DNA from: Thalia democratica
Lineage: Eukaryota
Assembly: GCA_965202585.1 (NCBI GenBank)
Contig: OZ241834.1
Coordinates: forward strand, 30,752,001 to 30,816,000
Direction of reading: 5' to 3'
Length of the DNA stretch: 64,000 nucleotides
The position numbers and the translations under genes are program-made. This document shows, piece by piece, positions 48,401-60,400 of this stretch. How positions within the stretch are numbered: position 1 is the first letter of the stretch; each line of letters begins with the position of its first letter. The notes under the pieces were generated by a model. The model did not search any database, had not been told where the DNA came from, and saw nothing but the letters and a program-made list of their open reading frames with translations.

Positions 48401-51400
48401 TTAAAAAGTTCTAAATGAGACTAAATGAGTTCCTATATGAATCATGTTATGATGCACACTTAAATATCTCACACTATTTTCTCCGTACGGGTTCAGCTCG
48501 ATATTCATGTCCTCCCATTCCGAGTACATCTTCTTTAATCTGTGGTCCAGAGACCACTCTTTGCTGGCCTTAGCCCCAATATTGCCTATTCTGAGGTTAA
48601 TTTTTGATATGAACTTCTTAATTTTAAGATTAAATAACAATAAAATATCTCTCTACAAGCTAAATGTATGGAAATTTCTGTAAGTTTACTTTGTTCAAGT
48701 AAACCATAACAATTGTATGCAATGATATATGAAACTTGTAAAGACTTTAAATGTGCTTCTAAATGACATGACTTAAATGTGAACAAGTGTCTACAGATTG
48801 CTAAACTAATTTCTTTTTGTAGAAAGTAGTGAGTGAGAATTTACCCTTACTCAGGTAAACTCTAAATATTTTTTAACAATTTTAAACAAATGTTTTTGAT
48901 GGCAATCAACCGAAATTTAAACTCAAAAATCAACAAAGTTTAATTACAAACAACAACAGTATGGTGAAGAAATTATTTGTAAAGTTAATAGGACTAGCAG
49001 ATTGATATAAAAATGTCGTTATGCACAAACAACAACGTCATTAAGCAAAGCAAATAAGTTTGTCATGCTAAAAAAATTACTTAATTTTTGAAAAAGAGTA
49101 TTCTATACTAGATTCAATTGACTTTTTTTCAAGTTATTAGAACTAGTAAGTATCTTTATTTTCAAATTTCTTGATATTTCTCTAAAATGTTTAAATACAT
49201 TAACCATAATAAGCAGTGATTTCCAAACTTTTTTTTCAAAAGTGTTTACATTCAACAATTAAGAAAAAACTATGTGGTACTAGATTAGCTAGCAATCATT
49301 TAAATTTGACTTTTAGTTAATTCAACCGGTACAAAATATACTATAACTTAACCGCAAATAGATTTTTTAATTTTCTAAAATAAAATTTATATCTAAATCA
49401 ATTACCAAAAAAAAATTATAAGCACTAAAAAAACAAAAATACAATCTTAAAATACGCACGTGTACCGACTTTGAGAACCACTGCTACAAAACAAAACATG
49501 CAAATAAAAACACAAAATAAACAAATGAAAACAAATGATTCTTATTTTACCGAGTCGCGATACTGGGTGAGTATGAGCTCCACATCCGCCCACTCCTGCT
49601 TCATCTTGGAAAGTCCCTTCTCCAAACTGTACTCCTTGCCGGCTCTCACGCTCAGCTCCTCCAACCTTCACGTGATGACAAGCATGAAAATGAGGGCATG
49701 CAACGAGTCGGTGGTAATTTTGATTAAAAGCTAAAGGCGCGCTATATTTTGAATTTTTATCAACTAGTCCGAATTTTAAAAGTTGTCATAAAAAACTAGT
49801 TTTAGTCTTAAGAAAATATATTTAAAGTAAAATAGTTAAACATGAATAAACAAATGTGATCAGATGAAACTGTAGTCTGAAAAGATAAGTACTTAATGAA
49901 AAACAGCTTAATGAATTCAAGATGAAGGTGAACTATTTAACTTGTAATTCTACAATGAGTTTAGATGAAGCTTTGTAAAAAGAAAGTAAAGTAACAAAAA
50001 CAATCGCAAAAATTTTGTTCAGCAAACAAACTTGGTGACGTATTTTCCCAATCCAAATTCCAGCATGTGCCACAATGAGGAGTCTTCATCGGGTCTCACG
50101 TCGAATCCGACCAAATCACTTATCTTTTTTATTTTAGTTTATGTAGCATTAAAATTTCATACTTTATAGTTTTTCAACAGTTTATTTAGTCCTTTATAAA
50201 AGCTTTTGAAAATTTAAATCTTTTAAATCATATGCCAAAACACATAAAAAAAACATATATTCTTAGGTATTCGTAACAAAAACTATAGCAAACTAATAAT
50301 GTCCTAATAAATTAAAGAGTTAACATAAATATATCTAATGTACCTTTCAAAAAAACTAACACGTAAAACTTAAGTTTTTTATAATTTAGCAAATATAGAT
50401 TTTTAAACTAATAAAAGTTGTCATAAACCATAAAAATAAAGAATGACTAAATTTAAGAGCGCCTGTTGAAAAGTATTAATCCTTTATGATATCAAATTTA
50501 ATATATTCTTATTTAGTTTTCTCACCTATATTTAGACTGACAATCACGATAAAAACTAGACTAGACATAGAAAAAACATAATTTACAAAATACATATCTT
50601 TTTTTTACTTTTTCACAAATTCGGTTTACATTTATCAACAACCTGAACCTCAAACGCAATCGACCAATTTAAACAGTTTTTACTTTAATCAAACAAACAA
50701 CAAAACACCGACCTCGTCCCAGTGGCGATCCTTGATCCCCGGGTTGCAGATGGTGATCAATACGGGCAGGTTCACCTTGAACTTATCGATCTTGTTCTTC
50801 ACTCCCTCGGCGATCCTCCTGGGAGCCGGCTGGTCGCTGAACGTCTTGGACATCTTGTACGCCGCCCTCCACATGGCCTGCAGGTCGTCCGTGATCGTCT
50901 CGGGCGTCAGCTGCTGGAACGGGCCTGGGAAAGTTTTTTTTTTATTTGCTTTGTTTTTAAATGCTTTTTTCTTTACAAAAAGTATGCTCATAAGAGAAAT
51001 AGCAGTAAAATAAAAGTAGTTGCGAACAGTAATTTAAAACGTGGCGTATTTTGCATATTGTTATTTACATTTTAAAATATACAATGCCGTCATTCAAAGC
51101 TGTAACTTTGCAAAACAATAACAGGAATAAAGCTTAATGGTTTGAATAATATACGAGTATCTAAATCCAGTAAAATAAAGTTTAATTTTAATCTTCAAGT
51201 AGTCCAAGTCTGCTACTTCAAACAAAAGTTAACAAAGTTTTAGCATTAGTTAAACAGCAACCGACCGTTCAACCACAGTTCATGGGAGTTATGCCACTTG
51301 AGAGCGGTGGTCCACAACGTCTCATAAGGCTCCTTCTGCTTGAAAAGAACTTGCAGCAACGGAAACTGGGTTTTTTCGCCAAACTCCAACAGCTCTTCAT

Positions 51401-54400
51401 CCGTGTTGATAGCCTGTAAAAGATCAACAAACTTTTCAGCAATTGAAACTTTATTTAGGTAGCATTTTTTTGAAACTTATGATAGTAACAGAAGCTGAAC
51501 CTTAATATCCTTTTATCTTCATGTACTTTTACATTGAAATTACTTAATAACTTTTGCTTTTATGTCAAACGAAGAGGTAATTACAAATAACAACACTATG
51601 CTAACATTTGTTACATAAATCATAAATTTTACTTATTAATTTTAGAAGCGAAAAATATTTGATTGTTTTTTTTTTATATACCGAAATAACAATAAAAAAT
51701 AAATTAACAAATACTGTACACTAATCCCATAAATTCAAGTTGAAAACTTTAACTGTTTGGTTAAACAAAAAAACTTGCATATGACCTCAACTTCGCTAGC
51801 AGCATCGTCCAAGTTCAACGTGATCTCGGTCAACTTCTCCACGTTCCTCTGCATCTCGTCCGCGCTCGCCAGATCCTTCTTCTTGAAACTTTCTATCTCC
51901 TTCTGGTACTTCTTCAGCTTCTCTTCCAACGCTTTTATTCTTTAAATATATTCTTATTGATGTTATTTCAATTTTAGGCTAAGCAAAAGCTTCTTAATGT
52001 AACAAAGCTCAAGTTTTTTTTGACGATCACAAACAGCACTTTTCTAACATTACAATAATATTAATAAATAAAAAGTATATGTTATATCAATTTGAAGTGT
52101 TTCATTTATTTTTAAAGCTTTTTCTTTACTTTAAAAAAGAAAAATTATATGTTAAACAGATTTGTAATGTTTCTTTTCAATTTTAGTTTATAAAAAATAA
52201 TTTTTATTTTATTATCAAGATAAAATATTATACTGGGCACTTAGCAGCTTTAAAATATTATCTAAATATTTGAAGTTATAAGTAGAATTTAAATAGGAAC
52301 AACCTAATTAAATTGAATATTGTAACTGTAGTTTAAACACAAAATTTTTTTATTACTTTTTGAACAACTTGGTTTCTTCAGTTTCTCTCTTGTTAGTAAG
52401 CCGGGTTGTGTTGACTTCAAACACGTTTATTATTTGCTGCGGCCAGTTGAACACATTGTTGTTCAGTTTGATATCCTCGCCTGTACGATAGAAAAAGACT
52501 ACTACACAGTTTATGACTTTATAAACTATGAGTACTAAAACTTATGTTTTAAAGGTCAGGTGAAAATACTATAGTGAATAAAAAAAAATTATTACTGAAA
52601 AGTCTTCACAAAAAGTAAAAAAAAACTTACAAGTTTAATAAACCTGCAAAAACGACGATTAAATAAAATTTAATTTTTAATGGCACAAACAAAATAAATC
52701 TATTGAAAAATAGAGCATTTTATGTAATATTATATACATTAATCATAAAAAATCTACTTCTTCATTGCGTTTAAACTCGTCTAGCATTTGAACATAAACT
52801 TACAAGAATATTTATCTTTTATGTAAGTTTTTTAAACTGCCAAAAACAAGTAGAAAACTGCACTGCAGTTAGAACCATCAACTTCAGAAACAAACCACCA
52901 AACAACATTGAAACGTACGTGGCAGTGTGGCGTAGTCGAGTAGAAAGAAGAGCGTTATTGAAGCGTGGGTGACCTCGTCTTTCAGCTGGTATATTGTCTT
53001 CTCCTCGCACACTCGCATGTAGGATATCACGTCCATCAGCTGGGCTGTGGATTCTATAAGCTGGGAAATTTTGTCAGCCATCGACTCGTACCGGTGGCAA
53101 ATGCTGCAGTTGATATTAAAACTATCGATAATGATGTGTAAACAACCCGGGTTTAATTGAGTTTGGTGCTGGTAATTAATTTTAAGCATAGATTTTAAAG
53201 CTAGGATGTAAATTTTATCGAAAGAATGTTTTGGGTATTTTAAGAAGTGAATAATTTTTAAATAATTAAGTACACTAGCTATTTTAATTTTTTGTTGCTT
53301 TTTAAATTATTTTGCTTAACTTTACACCTTATTTAAAGTTATAACAAAAATTAAAACCAAATGTAGTAATAATTGTATACTAAAACACACAAAAGAAAAC
53401 AAAAATATTGTAAAAAACGATTAAGAGTAGCTAACTGCTTTAAGCAAGCAATTTTTAAACAAAACAGTTCAATCAGTACCTAAATAATATAAAAAAAATA
53501 TCTAATCTCTAAAAATTATATTAATCAAACTATTCTAAAAGATATTCATGAAACTTTAATGAAATAATAGTCACCAAATTACTGACTCTTTGTTGACTTT
53601 TCTGTTGACGGTCAGCTGATGCTGGATGAGGATGTCTTTGAGATGCTGGACTCTCGACACGAAGTCGTTGTTCATCTCCGAACAGTCCAAAGTGAAGAAG
53701 CTCATCGGTGCAATTATCTTGAAGTCGATGCAACACTGCTTTCTATCCTGAAAAAGTTGTTAAAAATTTTAGGAAATCAGAAGATTCCAACTAGATCAAA
53801 GGTTTCACACACCAACAAAAGTATTTAAATTTAAAAATTATAAAAGTACCAAAAGCTTCGATTTAAGTTTTTTATTTCAGATATTTGTTTCGTGGTTTCT
53901 ATCTATCGTGAAACTTTGAGTAAAACTGAAAAATAACATTTTATCTTTTGCATTATACAAACTTTCCCTACATAGGTGAAATTAACTTCTAGATTTTTAA
54001 ACAGAGAAAAAAATTGCATTAACCTTAACACTTCTATGAAATTAGTTATTTTCTCCAACAAACATACACACGTCAAGTTTCAAACCTCGTACAACTTGAG
54101 CCTCTTGACGTAGTCTTGGAGGCAGTGGTCGCCGTCAATGAACTTATTGGCTTCCAGTTCTGCGTCCCCGTTCAACAAGTCTTCGTACTTCTCATAAACC
54201 AGCTTCAGATATCTGCAAGAAGATTTATGCAGTTCAGTAAACTTTAGAAAGTATCGAAGAGTGACAAGCCTTGAAGTTTAAAATAGCAGCTGATATGATG
54301 GTTAATTTAACGCAGTAAGTTTTTAAATCAGCGATTCTTAACCTGGGGTAAATTTAACCCTAGGAATAAATTCTCTGTTTAAGGGGGTAAATTTTCTGCC

Positions 54401-57400
54401 AATCAAAAAAATACAAAAACAGTTATTTGTAATAATTTAAATATATAACAAAAAAAAAAAAGATTTTTTATAGTAACTTGCTGGTTTTAACTTACAAACC
54501 TACAACAGAAGTTATTTGTCACTTTCGTTTAAATTTCTTTTTTGCTTGTTAATATATATACACTATTATTGTGGGTAAATTTGCTAAAAACCTCCCATAA
54601 AAGAGTAAAATGTGAAAAAAAAAGTTACTTTATAAATTAAATAAAAAACTGAAGGGTTTATACTTTTACTTTTTCGACTTTAATATAAGGTAGCCCATGA
54701 TGCTGTTGCTTTTATAAAATTGAAACTCAATCGTTTGAAACAGCAGTTTTTAAGTTTAAAAGCTTAAGTTTTTTATATAATTTATAAAATTAAAATTCAA
54801 CAGTTTCAAACAGCAGTTTTTAAGTTTAAAAGCTTAAGTTTTTTATATAATTTATAAAAGTCAAACAACTTACTGCTGCGGCCCGTTGGAATTTTGGCTG
54901 ATGATGTTGAGCGTCCACCCGATGGCGTTAGAGATCAAGTGTTCGTTCGACTGCACGCTTTTTAAGTACAGCTGGGAATTTTTCATTTCCCGGAAAATTT
55001 CGCACTCAACCTGTTTTGTGATAATGATGGTATAAGTTATATTTTCATTCAGTTACAGCACGTTTCATTTTTATTTATAAGTCATAAGTTTTTAACTAGC
55101 GTGCACTTTTTTGAACAAACAAGCTATCAATAGAGGTGTGTTTATACTTAATATGCCAACAAGTTTAAAACTTCCAAAAACAACAAAACAATAACAAACA
55201 ACCCTGGGATTGTTAACTAGCGTGCGCTCTTGTAATTAAACTAGCCACCTAAAGGGACTATGAAAACTGAACTGATAAATTTGAAACTTTCAAAATCAAA
55301 CAAAAAGTAACCCTGGGAATGTTGCGGCCGACGGATATGATGTGCTCGAAGCAGCTGAGCATGATCTGCTGGCAGTCGTGGAAGGTGGGAGAGAAGCAGG
55401 GCTGGTCGTCGTGAGTGAGCAGTTTTATGAGGAAGACGGAGGGCATGCACCAGTTCAAGCAATCGTAACTGCCTTTCAAGTCGTTACCGCGCTAAAATGA
55501 AAGCTATAGCATTTTAAAACTGTTAGTGTTACTTTTGTGAATCTATGAGTTTAGTTAAGACTTGTAAAAATAATTCAATTCGAAAAAATACACAGTACAT
55601 CAAAAATATTATATAAACTAACTAATACTAAGGTAAATAGTATTTTTTAAAATATATATTAAGATTTTTGCCAAAAGTGTTTTAGATAACTTTTTATTTA
55701 GAGTAATTATGTTTTTTGCTTGAACCAAATGAGTTGTTGAGAATTAAACCGTTAGTTGCAAACATAACTACTTCCTTCTGAAAGTATTTTCTACATTTAT
55801 GTTGGTTTAAAAGTAACAAATCGTAAAAGTAACTATTATATTTTAACTTTTTATGAAGCTAACTAACTGTACAATTTTCATAAATAAATAATTAATATTT
55901 GTGACTATGAATTTTTGTAAAGTACTTATTTGAATAATAGAACTAAGTTTTGTAACTTTAGTAACTAATTTTAACAGTACAAGTATAAAGTTAGAAATAT
56001 AATACAATCTTGATAACTTTCACAACTAAATAATATTCAATTAAGAATTAGTGTTGATGCTAGAAAATAAAAAATAACATGATAACAACCTCATGGATTT
56101 CTAGGAACTGAATGAAATCTTTTATTGTGTTTGTGATCAACGTGCGCAGTTGGTTGGACATCAAAGTCGCCGCACAAGAAAAAAACGCCTCAATCTGTAG
56201 GATTAGAAATTTTTAATTTTACACATTAACTTATTTACATCAATTTAAATTTTAACATATATCAACAAAATAATATTAAATTGACCAAAAAAATATTTTC
56301 TTAATATATGTAGATGGAGAAATAACAGTAAATGTTACAGCATTTATTTTGACACTTACGAGCATCAACGTGTCGTTCGGCGATTTCGGCACAAAATCTT
56401 TCCACTCGGCAGAATTCTGCTTGAATATTTCTGAAGCTGCCGGGATCCATTCGTCTATGAGGACGCTCTTCATGTTCAGACACGACTTCTCTATCTTTAT
56501 TTTTTAATCAACTTTTTAGTAACCGCATAAATATTTTTATTGAAATCAAAGTATTATCTATTTTTATAACTTGGTCACTAAGCTAATTTGATAAGGATAA
56601 TATAATTGACGGCTTAAAATGTTCTACGTAACACACACAAGCAAGACCACAAAAATATATTAGAGCTCTAAAAAAGCAATGACATATAGAAAAGTTTTTG
56701 TTATTTTTTTAAACAACCAGGCATATTTTTTCAAAACCATGTTATTACAGTTAAAAATCAATTTAAAAATTCAAAATTCAGTTATTGTACTTTTTATTAA
56801 TCAGCTGTAATAATTAAAACTCATAACAACTATAAAGCAAAAAACTTTACATAAACAAACTGTACTCTTAATATGAAAAAACAATTAACTAATAAAAAAG
56901 TTTTTTTTGTAGTTTACTTGTTTTTATTTTTATCAATTCTAAGTATTCAAAAGAAATAAGGTTAAAAAATCTGAATAATTGCTTATTTGTTTCCTCTTTT
57001 AAAATGTTGAAAAAAATCGGAAAGTATTGAAAAGTAAAACTTATCTAACTTGAACTTCAAACTTCTTGGGATGAACAGGAAGGTTTCCTGAGTGGCTCAG
57101 ATGATCAAAATCAACACATCTGAGTGAAGCGAACCTGAATAGTTGACAATCATGTTTATAGCTGTAATTTTTAATAGCAAGTCTTTTGTAAATTTTACAG
57201 AGTCTTTACGAAAGGTTACTTTGCATTGTTGTTAATTTATTAAAACAATACTTTTTATCAAGCCGTTTTGTTATAGTTGGTACACCAAGTATAGTATACA
57301 AAAGTACTTATAAGTGTTATTTTATTTCAATAAAATTTAAAATAAAATGACTACATCTGAAAACTTCAAACAATTCAAACAAATAACTACAAAAATTACT

Positions 57401-60400
57401 TTATTTAGAATATGTTGATAAGTTATTAAATTATACTTTTAATTTATAGTCCTTACAAACAAAACAAATTTTCCTTTAACTAGCTAAAAAACAGATGACT
57501 ACAAAACTAAACCATAAAAATAAAAAATCAAAAACGACAAAATTTAAATAAAAGTATTTTTACAAGTTGCAAGTTAATACTTTATAAAACATTTTGTTCA
57601 CTTAACTAAGCATAAATTTATACAACACTTTTCTAAATAGTACGAATCTGTTTCATGCCACAAACTAATCAATTATTTGTTTATGCGTGTTTTACACTCA
57701 ACACACTTTTCGTGCCACAGGTTCTGCAGTTGGTGCAGCACGTTGTTGGTTGTGAACAGGAACTGCTTGCAGCTCAGTCTGGCGTCTGCGAAATCGTGTT
57801 TCCATGGCACCGGCGCCCGGATGACGCGGTGGGGATGTTTTTGGGGCACGGATTCGATGTTCAACCTCGTTCGCTCCCCCTCATCCTGAAGGATGTAGTC
57901 AACTGAAAAAATAAATTAATAACTATAAAAAAACCTGGTTAACTTCAACCATACTACGTAAGGTTGTTATTATTTAACATAAGCTAAACTGTAAGCTTAT
58001 TTTCAAAAAAATAAAGTTGTTTTTTTCGGTGTTTTTTTTTAGTTTCTATTTAGTTAAAACAATAAATTTATTTTATTTTAATTACATTCAGTTGCTGATC
58101 GTGTTTGTTCACATGTTCAGCAAAAACAACTAGTTATAACTCTATTGTCTAAAATAAGTTAAAAGCTAAGTCATTTTTGTAGGTATAGCTAATATAAATT
58201 ACTAGTACTTAAATTATAATACTAATTGATAAGAAGTAAAACTATGTGCACAGTTGTTATCAGTTTAGTCTAATTTTATTTTATATATAGGTTTTATTTT
58301 GAAATTTAAAATAGAAGAAAATTAAAAAATATTATAAATAGTCAAAAGTTTTACAAAAGATAAAAGCTAATAAATAACTGTTCAACAAAAAGCAAACTAG
58401 TAAAATATAAAGAAATCATGAATCATTAAATAACTAGACTATTAAGTGCATATTAAAAATTACAAGGTCAAAACTCAAAGTAAGCAAAGTTCATTTAAAA
58501 CGGCTTAAAATTGTTTTCAAATACATAACATCAAGTTTTTAACTGTGATTTTTATTTCGTTAACACAATAAACACAAATATTTCGAGCAACTATTCACCC
58601 ACCCACACCCTGCCTGTAGCTGTAAGTGTAGTTTTCAAAGAACTCGTCGTGAAGCCTCTTAATGGAACTTTTCAGTTTCGGATCTTGCAGCAGGGAAGCG
58701 CTCAGGTGGCTCTCAATTCGCTCTTTTTCGCCCTCTGGCGGAGGAGCAATTTCCCCTAAATCAAAACCCTTCTCAACGTAGTAGTTGTATCTCTATATAA
58801 AAGATTACTTTTAATTGTTTTATTTCTAATTATAACCTAAAGTTTTTAAGTTTTATAATTATAAAAATTTATTTATTATATGACTTGTATAAAAACGAAA
58901 TTGTGCGAACTTTTTTTTGAAAATGATCATTGTACTATTGATCATCATAAGTAAAGAGTATTATAAATCGTAGACAAATACGATTTCAAAATAAAATACT
59001 TTAGATAGATGGAAAATAAATTTTTGAAAGAATAAATATAAAATACTTTAGATGATTTACCTCTATATTAATCTTATTTTGTATATTTATTTATTATTTT
59101 TTACTGTACATATATTTCGCCTTGAAACTGCTTAATTCTTATATTTTAGCTTTAAACAAAAATAATAAATAATTTGTTATTTGACTTATAAAATAAAATA
59201 ATATTTTTGAAACCATTTAAATGTTAAGGGCATAGGGGAAGTCCAGCACTTTTTTAAAAAAATTAACAATGGCTTTTATTTCAAAGCTTTTATTTCAAAG
59301 CTTTGACTTTGAAAACTATAAGATACTATTTATAGAACAAAAAAATCAATTAACTTTTGAAATATAACAAGTTTGTAAAATATTTGTGATACAACCATAT
59401 AGAATCAAAAGTTTTTAAGGCGGATTTTCTAGGAATTTCAAAAATTTACTAAAAATATATCTCTTCCTTCATTTTTGAGCAATTTAATTCAAACTTTCAG
59501 AAAATGTACTTTTTAGTATTACAAACAACTTGTAAGAAGCAAATTTTTGAAAAAAGCCTTAAAAATAATTATGATCAAAATTTGTTTTTTCTTATTTTTT
59601 GTTTTTTTTTTTGTAAATTATTTTTAGAAAAATTAAAATAATTGTATCTGTATCTTGCAAGTTGTATAAAATTTATTAAAAATTACTATCAAGATTTTTT
59701 TAAACAATTGCTCAAAAACTGAAGGAGGAGATAGATTTTTATTAAAATAGTCTATATTCGCCCTTTTACTTTGCACCTACCATAAAGAACTTTTAGAATC
59801 TTCTAACTTTGATTGCTTATATCTCAAAAGTAACTTTGAGTTTTAACAAACGGTAGAAAGTAAGAAGTAGCTTATCTAACTGAGTAAAAAAATAAGACTA
59901 AACTTGAAAAAAAAACTGTGTACTCCCCTATGACCTTAAACTATTGCTTAAGTATTTATTTAAACAAACTACTGTACTTTTATAAACCTACTTTTAATTT
60001 TGAACAGGAAACAAGTTTTATTCTCAAAGACACACTTCAACATTTATTTAATATTTTTTATTAGATAATGTGTATAAATCCATACCTCAGTGTCTCTTTT
60101 AGTAGGTTCTTGCTGCTGTGAAGCCTTTTCAATTTCCAGCATGATGCTTATTTGTTCAGACGGTGAGAGAGGAGGTTCCTCGTCAACAACTAGCTTCTTC
60201 ATTATCGAAGTGGTGGATCTTTTGCTTCTGGACGAACCTAACGTTGACAGCTTGCCACTGAATCTGAAAAAAAAATCATGCTAATTGGTTTAGAAAAAAA
60301 TGTTATAACAAAAAAGAACTTGGTGTGCTGTGTCACTTCTTTATAAAAAGTCATAACTTTAGCTTTAGATCTTTTAAAAAAAAATTGCAAATAAAATATT

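Noticed and set aside
55196-55230. Short echo of the upstream exon end (AACAATCCCAGG|GTT) inside the intron
   Set aside because: About 12 nt of similarity, with no acceptor or exon body; likely chance or a micro-duplication.
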